Source: an uncultured Candidatus Binatia bacterium (GTDB taxonomy: Bacteria > Desulfobacterota > Binatia > UBA9968 > JAJDTQ01). From it: DNA of 64,000 nucleotides. Position numbers and translations under genes: made by a program. Shown piece by piece: positions 10,672 to 21,191 of this stretch. The notes beneath the pieces were generated by a model that saw only the letters and a list, made by a program, of their open reading frames with translations, searched no databases and was not told the DNA's origin. How positions within the stretch are numbered: position 1 is the first letter of the stretch; each line of letters opens with the position of its first letter. Location of the stretch: contig OZ243916.1 in the NCBI GenBank assembly GCA_965213675.1, positions 1,952,001 through 2,016,000 on the forward strand, written 5' to 3'.

Positions 10672-11640
10672 TCAACTCCCCGCCACGGCAGGCGCGTCCG
10701 TGGACTTCTCTGCGTCCGCATTCTCCTGAACTTTCTCGACGGGCGCTGCGGCGGGCGGTTCGGCAGTCTGGCCCGAACCCGGCGCCGATCCTGCCACGGG
10801 CGTCTGGGCTCCGGGAGACGCCGCCGGTTCCGGCGCACCTGGCGCCGCAGGCGCTTCCTCCCGTGGCGGTTCCGCGGCCGACTCGCCTTCGGCGGACTCG
10901 CCCCCCTCCGCTTCCTCGGCCCGCGCCGCCTCGGCCTCCATGCGCGCCTGGTCACCGAGAGCCTGGCCGTCCCTCACCGCTTCGGCCATGAGACTGCAGA
11001 ACAGCCGGATCGCGCGTATGGCGTCGTCGTTGCCGGGTATCCTGTAGTCCACCATGTCCGGATCGCAGTCGGTGTCGACAATGGCGATCACCTTGATGCC
11101 GAGCTTGCGCGCTTCGCGGACCGCAATGGCTTCGTGGCCCGGATCGATGATGAACACCGCGTCCGGCAGCTTCTTGATGTCCTTGATGCCGCCCAGCGCC
11201 CGCTCCAGTTTGGCGCGCTCGCGGCTGTGGGAAAGCATCTCCTTCTTGGTGAGGGCCTCGACGATCTTGGGGTCGTTGGCCATCTCCTCGAGTTTCTTGA
11301 GACGTTCGATGCTTTGCCGGACGGTCTGGAAGTTCGTCAACGTGCCTCCCAGCCAACGGTGATGAACGTAGGACATGCCGCATCGTTCGGCTTCTTCCCG
11401 CACCGAGTCCTGCGCCTGCTTCTTGGTGCCCACAAAAAGGACGTGGCCTCCAGACATAATCAGATCGCGAACGTGGGCACACACGTCCTTGACCATCTTC
11501 ACGGTCTGCTGGAGGTCGATGATGTGAATCCCGTTGCGCGCTCCGAAAATGTAGGGCTTCATCTTGGGATTCCAGCGACTGGTCTGGTGCCCGAAATGGA
11601 CCCCCGCCTCCAGAAGCTGCTTCATGGATATATCCATCAT
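10672..11640 (-). CDS. rpsB: 30S ribosomal protein S2 with an acidic Ala/Pro-rich C-terminal tail
   Basis: [28 protein letters not shown]; start placed at MMDISMKQ. Confidence 0.97.
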   Translation of the reverse strand: MMDISMKQLLEAGVHFGHQTSRWNPKMKPYIFGARNGIHIIDLQQTVKMVKDVCAHVRDLIMSGGHVLFVGTKKQAQDSVREEAERCGMSYVHHRWLGGTLTNFQTVRQSIERLKKLEEMANDPKIVEALTKKEMLSHSRERAKLERALGGIKDIKKLPDAVFIIDPGHEAIAVREARKLGIKVIAIVDTDCDPDMVDYRIPGNDDAIRAIRLFCSLMAEAVRDGQALGDQARMEAEAARAEEAEGGESAEGESAAEPPREEAPAAPGAPEPAASPGAQTPVAGSAPGSGQTAEPPAAAPVEKVQENADAEKSTDAPAVAGS

Positions 11641-11832
11641 GGCGCCGAAACCTCGAATGATGCGTATGTCAACATACTCGTCTCCCGTGTCTTCTCCCGC
11701 GCATGAATCAGTGGGTTGAGGTGACTGTCCCGGCGGCCACACCCGAACTGCCGGTATGAAGAGAAACTCGAAGGGCTATTAACAAGTTTGGTACGGCCAC
11801 GCAAGGGAAAGCAGGACGCCGCGGCGTCCGGC

Positions 11833-13197
11833 TCATGTGTTCATGGATACCAGGAACTCCTTGTTGTCCTTCGTCCCGTGAAGCTTGTCCACGAGAAACT
11901 CCATGGCCTCCACCACGTTGAGCTGGGACAGCACCTTGCGCAGAATCCAGATGCGATTGAGATCCTCCTTGGGGATCAGCAACTCTTCCTTGCGGGTGCC
12001 GGACTTGTTGATGTCCACGGCCGGGAACACGCGCTTGTCCATCAGCCTGCGGTCGAGGTTGATCTCCATGTTGCCGGTTCCCTTGAACTCCTCGAAGATG
12101 ACCTCGTCCATACGGCTTCCCGTATCGATCAGCGCGGTGGCGATGATGGTGAGGCTGCCGCCGTCCTCGATGTTGCGCGCCGCACCGAAGAACTTCTTCG
12201 GCTTGTGCAGCGCGTTGGAGTCGACGCCGCCGGAGAGGATCTTGCCGCTCGGCGGCACCACCGTGTTGTAGGCCCTGGCCAGGCGCGTGATGCTGTCAAG
12301 GAGGATGATGACGTCCTTGCCGTGCTCCACGAGCCGTTTGGCCTTTTCGATGACCATCTCCGCCACCTGCACGTGGCGCGTCGCGGGCTCGTCGAAGGTG
12401 GAGCTTACCACTTCTCCGACCACGGACCTTTGCATGTCCGTGACCTCCTCGGGACGTTCGTCGATGAGCAGGACGATGAGGACCGCGTCCGGATGGTTGT
12501 GGGCGATGGCCTTGGCGATATTCTGAAGCATCATGGTCTTGCCCGTGCGCGGGGCCGCCACCACCAGACCGCGCTGACCCATTCCGATGGGCGTCAGCAA
12601 GTCGATGAAACGTGTCGTGTACTCTTCCGAGTCGTGCTCCAGGTTGATACGATTTTCGGGATAGAGCGGGGTCAGGTTGTCGAACAGGATCTTGTCCCGC
12701 ACCTTGTCGGGTTCGCCGTTGTTGATGGATTCGACCTTCAACAGGGCGAAATAGCGTTCGCCGTCCTTCGGTGGACGAATCTGGCCGGAAATGATGTCGC
12801 CCGTGCGCAAGCCGAAACGGCGTATCTGGCTCGGCGAGACGTAAATGTCGTCGGGGCCGGGGAGGTAGTTGTAGTCCGGCGCGCGCAGGAAGCCGAAACC
12901 GTCGGGCAGAGTTTCCAGCACGCCCTCGCCGTATACGTAGCCGTTCTTGTCGGTCTGCGCCTGCAGGATTGCGAATATCAGATCCTGCCGCCGCATGTTC
13001 GCCGCGCTCTCGATGCTGAAGCCCTTGCCGATGTTGGCCAACTCGGCGATCTTCTTGGACTTGAGCGAACTCAGGTTCAAGCCGTTCTGCTGCACGGGCT
13101 CGGGCATGGGAGTCGGCCTGTTTCTGCGGTGAGTGGGCGCGGAGTCTGCCTTGGTGTCGCTCTCCGCCGTTGCGGAGCGCGTCCGAACGTTAGCCAT
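11833..13197 (-). CDS. rho: Transcription termination factor Rho
   Basis: [33 protein letters not shown]; ATG at 13197 follows an AAAGGAAG RBS. Confidence 0.98.
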   Translation of the reverse strand: MANVRTRSATAESDTKADSAPTHRRNRPTPMPEPVQQNGLNLSSLKSKKIAELANIGKGFSIESAANMRRQDLIFAILQAQTDKNGYVYGEGVLETLPDGFGFLRAPDYNYLPGPDDIYVSPSQIRRFGLRTGDIISGQIRPPKDGERYFALLKVESINNGEPDKVRDKILFDNLTPLYPENRINLEHDSEEYTTRFIDLLTPIGMGQRGLVVAAPRTGKTMMLQNIAKAIAHNHPDAVLIVLLIDERPEEVTDMQRSVVGEVVSSTFDEPATRHVQVAEMVIEKAKRLVEHGKDVIILLDSITRLARAYNTVVPPSGKILSGGVDSNALHKPKKFFGAARNIEDGGSLTIIATALIDTGSRMDEVIFEEFKGTGNMEINLDRRLMDKRVFPAVDINKSGTRKEELLIPKEDLNRIWILRKVLSQLNVVEAMEFLVDKLHGTKDNKEFLVSMNT

Positions 13198-13390
13198 AGG
13201 ACTTCCTTTCAATTACGCTGCCGGACAATCCGCCACAGGGGACGGGCATCGCCGGCGGGCGGGCAAACCGACTCTTTACCGTTCAAAACGGGCTTGGGAT
13301 GAAAGCAAACGGTGATAAAACGGATTGGAACGGAAACGGGTCACTTCAGAATGGGAAAACGCCAGGAAAACGCCATTGCCAGACGCTGGG

Positions 13391-14362
13391 TTAGATACTA
13401 GGGGATGCGGCTGGCTTTGTCAAGCAGGGCACGACCGTGCAGTCGGGGCCGGCGCGGCCCAACACCCGGCGGGCCAGGACAACGTCGTCCTCGATCTGCC
13501 GGACCAGTTGGTCCACGGAAGGGAAGTCGCGCTCTTCCCTGAGTCTTTCCACGAAAAACACACGCAGCCTGCGCCCGTACAGATCGCCGTCGAAGCCCAG
13601 GATGTAGGATTCGATGGTTCGGGGTCCCGCACCGAATGTGGGGTTCACCCCCACGCTGGTGACGCTGGGCAACCGCTTTCCGCCCGTCTCGACCACGGTC
13701 GCATAGATCCCGTTGGCCGGCACGATCTCCGTTCTGCTGCGCACGTTGGCGGTGGGAAAGCCGATCTCCCGGCCCCGCTGATGCCCCCGCACCACCGTTC
13801 CCTCGATGAAATGGCTGCGCCCGAGCTGGCGGCGCGCCACCTCGACCCGGCCCTCTTCCAGCAATGCGCGTATCCGACTGCTGCTGATGGCTTGTTCCGA
13901 CTCCGCTACGGGTTCAATGACCTTCACCTCCATCCCCGCCGCCGGACCCCACTTCATGAGATCGCTGACGGTGCCGGCCCTGTCCTTGCCGAAACGAAAA
14001 TCCTCGCCGACCCATAGAACCTCGACTCCCAGCCCGGCCAGATAGTGATTGACGAATTCATGCGCCTGCACCGCGCAGAAACCCGGCGTGAAACGCTGGA
14101 TCACCACGCAATCGATGCCAACGCGCCGCAGCAGCGCCAGCTTGTCCCGGCGCGCCAGGATCAAACGCGGCGCAAACTTGGGGGCGAGGACCCTCAATGG
14201 ATGAGGCTCGAACGTCAGGACGACGGCGGACCCGCGCCGCGCCCGGGCGTCCGCCATCACCCGCCGGAGCAGATCCTGATGCCCGAGATGCACTCCGTCG
14301 AAGTTGCCGATGGTCATGACCGGACGGTGGAGGGGTCCCTTGGCGTGCCGCAGAATCTGCAT
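13391..14362 (-). CDS. ribF: Bifunctional riboflavin kinase/FAD synthetase
   Basis: GNFDGVHLGH, ISSSRIR, GFPTAN, LREERDF. Confidence 0.96.
   Translation of the reverse strand: MQILRHAKGPLHRPVMTIGNFDGVHLGHQDLLRRVMADARARRGSAVVLTFEPHPLRVLAPKFAPRLILARRDKLALLRRVGIDCVVIQRFTPGFCAVQAHEFVNHYLAGLGVEVLWVGEDFRFGKDRAGTVSDLMKWGPAAGMEVKVIEPVAESEQAISSSRIRALLEEGRVEVARRQLGRSHFIEGTVVRGHQRGREIGFPTANVRSRTEIVPANGIYATVVETGGKRLPSVTSVGVNPTFGAGPRTIESYILGFDGDLYGRRLRVFFVERLREERDFPSVDQLVRQIEDDVVLARRVLGRAGPDCTVVPCLTKPAASPSI
13395..13423 (-). promoter_or_regulatory. Sigma70 promoter for rho, inside the ribF 3' end
   Basis: TTGACA-17 bp-TAGTAT, about 190 nt upstream of the rho start. Confidence 0.7.
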
Positions 14363-14450
14363 CGTGCGTGGAGTTTGAATGGACGGCCGGACCCGCGCTG
14401 TACGGAGCCTGCGCGCACCCACAGCCGAAGGGGAATCCCGGCGGCGAGCT

Positions 14451-15347
14451 TCAAGCGCCCAGGGACCGGATCTTCTCTCGCGCCTTTCCCGCTTCCTCGG
14501 AATCGGGATACCGGTTGATGACTTCCTGGAGGATGAGTCTGGCGTCCACGCGATTTCCAAGCTCGGCAAAAGCATAGCCAATCTTGAGCCACGCCGCGGC
14601 CGCCTTGTCCCCATCGGCATACTTCTTGCGCACCACGTCAAACTCCAGGATGGCTTCGTCGAACTCCTGGAGCGCGTAATGGCTCTCACCGATCCAGTAT
14701 TGCGCGTTGTCGGTCAGGGAGCTGTCCGGATGTTTTTCGACGAACTTCTTGAACTGTTCGATGGCGCCGCGAAAGTCCCTTTCCCGCAGCCGTTTCCAGG
14801 CATTTTCGTAGTCCTGTTGAAGCGTGAGCGCGTCGGGGTCGGGGCTCGGAGCCGGGCGCCCCCTCTGCGGCGGCTCTCCGGCGCCCGCCGGCGCCGGAGA
14901 GGCTACCCCACTCGGCTCGGCGTCAGGAACGCGCTTCGGAGCGCCCTGGAGAAGCGCGTCGCGCAACAGCCGAAGCTCGTCTTCGCGCACCTTCAGGAGT
15001 TTCCGCTGCGCCCGCATTTCCGACTCGAGGGCCGCCAGTCTGCGGTCCGTTTCGGCGGCGTTCGCCGATCCCTCCCCGCCTCCGCCTCCATTACGCAGCT
15101 CCAGCAGACTGCCTTCCATCGCGTTCAAGCGGTTCTGCAGGGCGGCGACCTCCGCCCGGGTATCCGCCAGGAGGGTGCGTGTCTGCCCGAGTTCCGCCTT
15201 CAATCCGTTGATCACCGCCCACTCGCCCTCGGTCAATTGTGCCTGAACCGGAGGCGCGGGCGCCGCGTGATAATCGACGGTGCAACCCCAAGCCGACACA
15301 AGCGACAGGATCACCAAACATGTGCGGGCATGAATTCGCATGGGCAT
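14451..15347 (-). CDS. cpoB: Tol-Pal system protein YbgF/CpoB
   Basis: Lipoprotein-like signal, coiled coil, TPR with NAQYWIGESHY; directly downstream of pal. Confidence 0.9.
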   Translation of the reverse strand: MPMRIHARTCLVILSLVSAWGCTVDYHAAPAPPVQAQLTEGEWAVINGLKAELGQTRTLLADTRAEVAALQNRLNAMEGSLLELRNGGGGGEGSANAAETDRRLAALESEMRAQRKLLKVREDELRLLRDALLQGAPKRVPDAEPSGVASPAPAGAGEPPQRGRPAPSPDPDALTLQQDYENAWKRLRERDFRGAIEQFKKFVEKHPDSSLTDNAQYWIGESHYALQEFDEAILEFDVVRKKYADGDKAAAAWLKIGYAFAELGNRVDARLILQEVINRYPDSEEAGKAREKIRSLGA

Positions 15348-15439
15348 TCAGTCTCTGGCAGGACAGGGTTCGCGAAAGATCCTCGTGTGCCGCGTGGCCA
15401 ACGGGCAGGCATCTTTCGTGACGCGGTGCGCGAGCAGGG

Positions 15440-16048
15440 TCAGGAAGAAGGCCTCTGCGTCCGAACGACGAAATGCGCACGCCGGTTCAACTTCCAACAG
15501 GTCTCCGAGTTCTCGCCGCATACGGGGAGTTCCTCGCCGTAGCTGATGGTCGAGAAACGATCCGCGGACACCCCGAGGGTGACCATGTAGTCCCTGACCG
15601 CCTGTGCGCGTCTGGAGCCCAAGGCAAGATTGTATTCGTTGGTTCCGCGGTTGTCCGCATGCCCTTCGATCTCGACCTGAACCCCCGGATTCCCCTGGAT
15701 CCAGTCGGCGTTGCGCTGCAGGGTCTCACGCGCTTCCGCAGCCAGTTCGGCGCGGTCATACTCGAAATAGACATCGGCAAGGACACCGGTTTGCGGCGTC
15801 GTGCCCTGCTTGAGGGCTTCGAGGCTGCCTTGGCCGGTCACCTCCAGACCCTGTTGCGCGAGACTGCCTTCCTTGATCGCGCCGGGGTCGCTTTGGGCAG
15901 GCGCGCCAGCAGCGGGCACGGGTGTCGCCGGCTCTTCCGTTTCGACGGTTGGCGCGGAGCAGGCGGCGAGAACCAGGAGAGTGATGGAGCAGAACAGCAC
16001 TGAGGTTGCTCTTCTAGTCATCGGCTCGGTCTCTCTTGTCTTCCCCAT
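15440..16048 (-). CDS. pal: Peptidoglycan-associated lipoprotein
   Basis: LAAC lipobox, EGHADNRGTNEYNLALGSRRA, ISYGEE. Confidence 0.96.
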   Translation of the reverse strand: MGKTRETEPMTRRATSVLFCSITLLVLAACSAPTVETEEPATPVPAAGAPAQSDPGAIKEGSLAQQGLEVTGQGSLEALKQGTTPQTGVLADVYFEYDRAELAAEARETLQRNADWIQGNPGVQVEIEGHADNRGTNEYNLALGSRRAQAVRDYMVTLGVSADRFSTISYGEELPVCGENSETCWKLNRRAHFVVRTQRPSS

Positions 16049-16089
16049 GTCGGGGTTTGAACGGAATTGCGATTAGGTGCTGCACGGGA

Positions 16090-17457
16090 TCATTGCAGCC
16101 GGGGTGACCAGGACGGGTTTGTATCACCCGCGGCGGAGCCTGTCAATCTACGTTGGCTCTCTCCGTCCCGGCGCATGGTGTAGATGCGGCGGGACCCTGA
16201 CCGGTCGGATGTGAATGCCAGAAATCGTCCGTCCGGAGCCCACGAAGGGTCCTCGTCATTGGAACGGTTGGCGGTGAGCATCCGCAGGCCGCTGCCATCC
16301 GGCCGTATGGTGAAGATGTTCATGACGCCGTTCGTTCTTCCCGTGAACGCAATCAACTCGCCGGTGGGCGACCAGTCGGGCGACGTATTGTAAGATCCCT
16401 TGAACGTGATCCGTCGGATGGCGCCCGTAGCGACCTCCAGAACGTAGAGTTGCAGCGAACCTTGCCGATCCGACGAGAAGGCGATGCGGTCTCCCTTGGG
16501 GGACCACGTGGGCGACGTATCGATTCCAGGGTGATGGGTCAGCCGCTCCACGATGTGCCCCGAACGATTCAGCCGGTAGATGTCGTGGTTCCCGCTCCGC
16601 TCCAGCGGCGTGGCCAGATGCCGTCCATCTGGCGACCACTGGCCGCGGCCGTCACCCCGGGCGATGGCCTCTTCACGATTCTTCAGAAGATCGTAGCCGA
16701 AGACCTGCCACTTGCCGGTCTTGACCGAGAGGTAGACCAAACCCTCGCCGTTGCGTTCCCACCACGGGAACATGTTGATCGTCCGGTTGTAAGTCAGCTT
16801 CTTCTTCTCCGTGCCGTCCAGGTGCGAGACATGAATCTCCTTGAAGCGGTCTCTGCCGGTGGACACGTAGGCAATCCGGGTATCGAACACACCACGGGTC
16901 CCGGTCAGCTTCAGGATGATTTCGTCCACGAAACGGTGCGCCATGCGCCGCGCATCCCGGACTTCTCCGGTGTAGGCCTTGCCGACCATCTGACTCCGCC
17001 GGAACGTATCGTAAAGCCACAACTCGAACCGGATCTTTCCGTCGTCCAGGGTCTCGAAGCCGCCCTTGACGAGGACCTCCGCGCCAATGGTGGTCCAGTC
17101 ACGGAAATCGAAACCACCAAGCCGGATCCCGGTTTTCTGCGCATCTTCGATGTAGGCGGATCGGTCGACGACCTCGAACCAACCGGAGCGGTCGAGATCG
17201 TCCGCCATGACGTCCGCGATCCGTTCCGAGAACCCCTCGGCGTCGGGCCGGCTCCCCAGGTTCTTGAGCGGCGAGACCGCCAGCCGGAAACGCTCGGACC
17301 CCGGTCCGACGATCATGCCTGTCACCTGCGCCCGTGCCGCGCCGGCCGACAGCCCGCACAGTATCAGGCCCGCGACCATCCACCCCGTCACCCGGACCCA
17401 TGATCGGGCCCGGTTCGGGGTTCGTGGTCGTGACGGCGGTATGGTGGTGGCTGCCAT
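16090..17457 (-). CDS. tolB: Tol-Pal beta-propeller protein TolB
   Basis: AHRFVDEI, TRIAYV, repeated PxWSPxG PD40 units; start inferred from RBS. Confidence 0.93.
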   Translation of the reverse strand: MAATTIPPSRPRTPNRARSWVRVTGWMVAGLILCGLSAGAARAQVTGMIVGPGSERFRLAVSPLKNLGSRPDAEGFSERIADVMADDLDRSGWFEVVDRSAYIEDAQKTGIRLGGFDFRDWTTIGAEVLVKGGFETLDDGKIRFELWLYDTFRRSQMVGKAYTGEVRDARRMAHRFVDEIILKLTGTRGVFDTRIAYVSTGRDRFKEIHVSHLDGTEKKKLTYNRTINMFPWWERNGEGLVYLSVKTGKWQVFGYDLLKNREEAIARGDGRGQWSPDGRHLATPLERSGNHDIYRLNRSGHIVERLTHHPGIDTSPTWSPKGDRIAFSSDRQGSLQLYVLEVATGAIRRITFKGSYNTSPDWSPTGELIAFTGRTNGVMNIFTIRPDGSGLRMLTANRSNDEDPSWAPDGRFLAFTSDRSGSRRIYTMRRDGESQRRLTGSAAGDTNPSWSPRLQ

Positions 17458-17625
17458 GGTCGGAGCGTCCTTTTTCCCTTGCATGAAATCAAACGGAACA
17501 GGAGTTTGTCGGATTTGGTTCAACGCCCTTCGACGCCGCCACGCTCCGGACCGGAGCCGGCGCCGCAAAAATTGAAGCCTGCGCCGGGAGCCCGCGCCAC
17601 AAGAACTGTGACCGGACGACATCCC

Positions 17626-17652
17626 GTAGGGACGACCGGCCGGTTACCCTAC
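17626..17652. repeat. GTAG-type REP-like palindrome
   Basis: GTAGGGACGACCGGCCGGTTACCCTAC; relatives at 32746-32765, 34837-34868 and 47885-47911. Confidence 0.55.
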
Positions 17653-18659
17653 CCTGGACCCAATCCGACAGGCCCCTGGCCATCAAGGTCGTCGGGACGG
17701 ACAGTGATCGTGACCTGCCTGAACTTCTGCACAAGATCCGGCGGCGGCGGCAACAAGCTGACCCGGCGCACCGCGCGAACCACCGATTCGTCAAAGGAAG
17801 CATCCCCCGATGTCTTGAGCAATTTGAGCCCGAAAATCTCTCCCTCGACGCTGACACCAAACCGAACCGTGACCTCGAGCTCGCCGTGCTTGCCGATCCA
17901 CGTCCATCGCTCCTTGATGCTTTCGAACAGTTGGCCACGGTAAGCCAGGAACTCCACGCTTCTGACGACCCCGCCGTTGCCCGACGCCTCGGTCCGGGGA
18001 GCCTCCGCGCCGCCGCCCTCCCGGCGCGCGGCCCGCTGCAAACGGCCACGCTCCGCCCTCTCCGCCACCACCTCTTCTATGCGCCGTTGCCGAAGCCGCT
18101 TGCTCAGCCGCGAGTCCCGAAGCGCGGCGCTCTTGGCCTCTGTCTTCTTCCTTGCGACCTTCGGCGTCTTCTTCGCGGGCCGTTTGGTGGTCACCTGCTT
18201 CCTGGTCACCTTCGTGGCAACGGACTTCTTGGGCGCAGGCTTTTTGCGCTTCACCACCTTGGGCTTGGGCTTCGGCGTCGGCTTCTCTTGCGGTTTGGCG
18301 ACCTTCCTGGTTGGCGCGGGCTTCTCGGGGGCCACGACCTTCTTCCTGGGCTTTTCCGGAGGCGCGGGAGCGGAAACCTTCGGCGCCGGCGTGTCCTCCC
18401 TTGGAGGCTCCGGCGCCGCCACGCCTGCTGCAGGAGGCGCCTTCGCCACCGGCGCCGGACCGGGCGCCACGAGATCCACCGTGTACACGGGCGGCAGCGC
18501 GGCGCGCCGGGCCGTGCTCGGCGGCACCCACAGCAGCAAGCCCAGCAGAACGAGATGGAGGACACCGGAGAAACAGACCCCCCACCACTTCAAACGGTGG
18601 GACTCCGGGCCGCCGCTCACCCGTCGGTTGTTGCGTCTACGGAACACGCCTTGCCCCAT
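17649..18659 (-). CDS. tolA: TolA/TonB-family energy transducer
   Basis: TM helix with SxxxH, Lys/Pro-rich linker, C-terminal TSGDASFDESVVRAV; lies between tolR and tolB. Confidence 0.88.
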   Translation of the reverse strand: MGQGVFRRRNNRRVSGGPESHRLKWWGVCFSGVLHLVLLGLLLWVPPSTARRAALPPVYTVDLVAPGPAPVAKAPPAAGVAAPEPPREDTPAPKVSAPAPPEKPRKKVVAPEKPAPTRKVAKPQEKPTPKPKPKVVKRKKPAPKKSVATKVTRKQVTTKRPAKKTPKVARKKTEAKSAALRDSRLSKRLRQRRIEEVVAERAERGRLQRAARREGGGAEAPRTEASGNGGVVRSVEFLAYRGQLFESIKERWTWIGKHGELEVTVRFGVSVEGEIFGLKLLKTSGDASFDESVVRAVRRVSLLPPPPDLVQKFRQVTITVRPDDLDGQGPVGLGPG

Positions 18660-18689
18660 CCTTCGCCGACCATCCTTCGGAATCGGCTG

Positions 18690-19109
18690 TCACGGGCCGT
18701 CCACGGGCGCCGCCATCATGCCGAGCGTTTCGATGCCGGCGCTCTTGATCTCGCCTATAGCAGCGATCACCGAGCCATAGCGCACGTCCCGGTCCGCCCT
18801 CAGGTAGACGGCCTTGGTGGCGTCCCGACTCCTGATCGCCTCCAGTTTCGTCCGCAACTCCAACGGGCTGACCTCGTTGTCGTTCAGATAGACGCGACCG
18901 TCCTGCGCAATGGTGACGATCAGAGGATCCTCCGGCCCCTCCACCGGAACGGCCTTGGCCTGGGGCAGATTCACCTCCACTCCCTGCTGGATGATCGGCG
19001 CCGTCACCATGAAGATCACCAGCAGCACCAACATGACGTCCACGAAGGGAGTCACGTTGATGTTGGACATCGGCATCTTGTCCCGCGCCTGGGTGACCTC
19101 GGCCGCCAT
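18690..19109 (-). CDS. tolR: TolR
   Basis: INVTPFVDVMLVLLVIFMVTAP, LRADRDVRYG. Confidence 0.95.
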   Translation of the reverse strand: MAAEVTQARDKMPMSNINVTPFVDVMLVLLVIFMVTAPIIQQGVEVNLPQAKAVPVEGPEDPLIVTIAQDGRVYLNDNEVSPLELRTKLEAIRSRDATKAVYLRADRDVRYGSVIAAIGEIKSAGIETLGMMAAPVDGP

Positions 19110-19150
19110 GGCTCAATCTTCCTTCATCATTCCTTCGTGAAATGCCGCGT

Positions 19151-19891
19151 CTACGCCTTCTTCGTGAAATGCCGCTCCGCGATGTTGAGGAACTCCTGCG
19201 TGAAGTTTTCCATGTCCGCCGTGAGCACCCGGATTTCCTGAACGAAGTGGTTGTAGGCCATGAGTGCGGGAATCGCCGCCAGGAGACCCGCGGCGGTGGC
19301 AATCAATGCTTCGGCGATGCCCGGGGCCACCGCCTGGATGGTGGACGACCGGCTCACGCTCAGGCCGCGGAACGCGTTCATGATGCCCCACACGGTGCCG
19401 AAGAGACCGATGAACGGCGTCGTGCCGGAGGTCGTCGCGAGAAAGGTCAGCGACTGCTCCAGCTTCGTCAACTCCACCGTAGTGGCGCGCTTCATGGCCC
19501 GAGCCACGTTGTCCACGCCACTCAGGTCGGTGGTCAGGTTTTCCGATTCCGCCGCGTTGCGGCGCGATACCCGAAGCAATTCCTCGTATCCGGCGATGAA
19601 CACCTGCGCCACCGGGCTGTCCGCCAAGTCCCGGCTCGCCTCGTGGATTGACGCCAGGTTGCGGCTTTCCCAGAAGATTTCGATGAAACTGGCCGACTGC
19701 CGTTTGGCGGCGCGTACGCGCCTGAATTTGTAGAGAATGATTCCCCAGCTCCCCACCGAGAAAAGAATCAGCAGGTAGAGAACCGCCTGAACCACCGGCC
19801 CGGACCCGGCCACCAGGTCGAGGATGCCCTGTTGCTGCATTCCCAGAGCGTGCGGCTGAACCGCAAGCTGGTAGATCGAGAGGTACGGCAT
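19151..19891 (-). CDS. tolQ: TolQ
   Basis: PFIGLFGTVWGIM, APGIAEALIATAAGL. Confidence 0.96.
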   Translation of the reverse strand: MPYLSIYQLAVQPHALGMQQQGILDLVAGSGPVVQAVLYLLILFSVGSWGIILYKFRRVRAAKRQSASFIEIFWESRNLASIHEASRDLADSPVAQVFIAGYEELLRVSRRNAAESENLTTDLSGVDNVARAMKRATTVELTKLEQSLTFLATTSGTTPFIGLFGTVWGIMNAFRGLSVSRSSTIQAVAPGIAEALIATAAGLLAAIPALMAYNHFVQEIRVLTADMENFTQEFLNIAERHFTKKA

Positions 19892-19940
19892 CAATACGGC
19901 ATCAGGCGCGGCAACAAGTACGGCATCAGGCGCGGCAACA
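19884..19940. repeat. 24-bp-period tandem repeat at the tolQ start
   Basis: TACGGCATCAGGCGCGGCAACA at 19895-19916 and 19919-19940, plus partial TACGGCATCA at 19884-19893. Confidence 0.9.
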
Positions 19941-19996
19941 GCATCCTATTGTCTTGAAAAGTTATTATAATCGCAGTACCTAGTCAAATTCTGCCC

Positions 19997-21184
19997 ATGC
20001 TCCGGAGCGTTTCACAACTGGATGTGGCCGGGAAGACGGTGTTTCTCCGTGCGGACTTCAATGTGCCCCTTGCGGGCGGGATCATCACCGAAACACATCG
20101 CATCGACGGCACGCTGCCCACCATCGAGCTCCTGCTGGAACGAGGCGCGCAGGTGCTGGTCGCGTCGCACCTGGGGCGTCCCGGTGGCGCCGCGGACCCC
20201 CGGTGGAGTCTTGCCCCGGTGGCGCGCTACCTGCAGGACAGACTCGGCCGTGCGGCGCCGCTCGCGCCCGACTGTGTGGGAGGCGCGGTGAAGCAGTCCT
20301 TGGCGGAACCGGGCGCGTCCGGGCTCGTGCTGCTGGAAAACCTCCGTTTTCACGCCGGCGAAGAGGCCAACGCCCCGGCCTTTGCCGCAGCCCTCGCCAG
20401 CTTGGCCGATGTCTATGTCAACGACGCCTTCGGCGCGGCGCACCGGGCGCACGCCTCCACTGCGGGGATGGCGGCATACTTCCGGGAAAAAGGGGCGGGA
20501 TTGCTCTTCGAGAGGGAGGTCGACTACCTGTCGCGGGTCCTGGAAGCGCCCGAGCGTCCGGTGGCGGCCATCCTCGGCGGGGCCAAGGTTTCCGACAAGA
20601 TCGGCATTCTCAAGAACCTGATCCCGCGGGTGGACATGATCCTGGTGGGCGGGGCCATGGCCTACACGTTCCTCGCCGCCCGCGGCATCGCGGTGGGACG
20701 TTCTCTGCTGGAGAAGGACTTCCTCCACGTCGCGCGGGAGATCCTGGACGCGGCCGCGGCCTCCGGCGTGCCGTTCCTCCTCCCCGTGGACCATGTGGTG
20801 GCCGAGGATGCCGCGGTGGAGGAGCCGGCCGTGACCGGCGACGAGCGCATTCCCGACGGGCGCATGGGGCTCGACATCGGACCGAGGACCGCGGCGCTCT
20901 TTGCCGGGCGCCTCAAGGACGCGGCCGTGACCCTGTGGAACGGCCCCCTCGGCCTCTTCGAACGGGAGCCGTACCGCCACGGGACCGTGGCCGTGGCACA
21001 GGCCCTGGCGGCCTCCGAAGCCACCACCGTCATCGCTGGCGGCGACACCGTGGCCGCGGTGGGGCTCGCCGGAACCGCCGGCGCCATGACCCACCTGTCC
21101 ACCGGAGGAGGCGCCGCACTGGAATTTCTCGAAGGGAGAATATTGCCCGGGGTCCAGGCACTGGAAGTCCCCGAGCCCGAGTGA
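19997..21184 (+). CDS. pgk: Phosphoglycerate kinase
   Basis: [38 protein letters not shown]. Confidence 0.98.
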   Translation: MLRSVSQLDVAGKTVFLRADFNVPLAGGIITETHRIDGTLPTIELLLERGAQVLVASHLGRPGGAADPRWSLAPVARYLQDRLGRAAPLAPDCVGGAVKQSLAEPGASGLVLLENLRFHAGEEANAPAFAAALASLADVYVNDAFGAAHRAHASTAGMAAYFREKGAGLLFEREVDYLSRVLEAPERPVAAILGGAKVSDKIGILKNLIPRVDMILVGGAMAYTFLAARGIAVGRSLLEKDFLHVAREILDAAAASGVPFLLPVDHVVAEDAAVEEPAVTGDERIPDGRMGLDIGPRTAALFAGRLKDAAVTLWNGPLGLFEREPYRHGTVAVAQALAASEATTVIAGGDTVAAVGLAGTAGAMTHLSTGGGAALEFLEGRILPGVQALEVPEPE

Positions 21185-21191
21185 TTCCGCA

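Noticed and set aside
10672-10950. Low-complexity acidic tail on S2
   Set aside because: Common lineage-specific extension of RpsB.
19945-19996. No gap gene upstream of pgk-tpiA-secG, and no proC between yggS and yggT
   Set aside because: Ordinary gene-order variation; the genes may lie elsewhere and this cannot be judged from one window.
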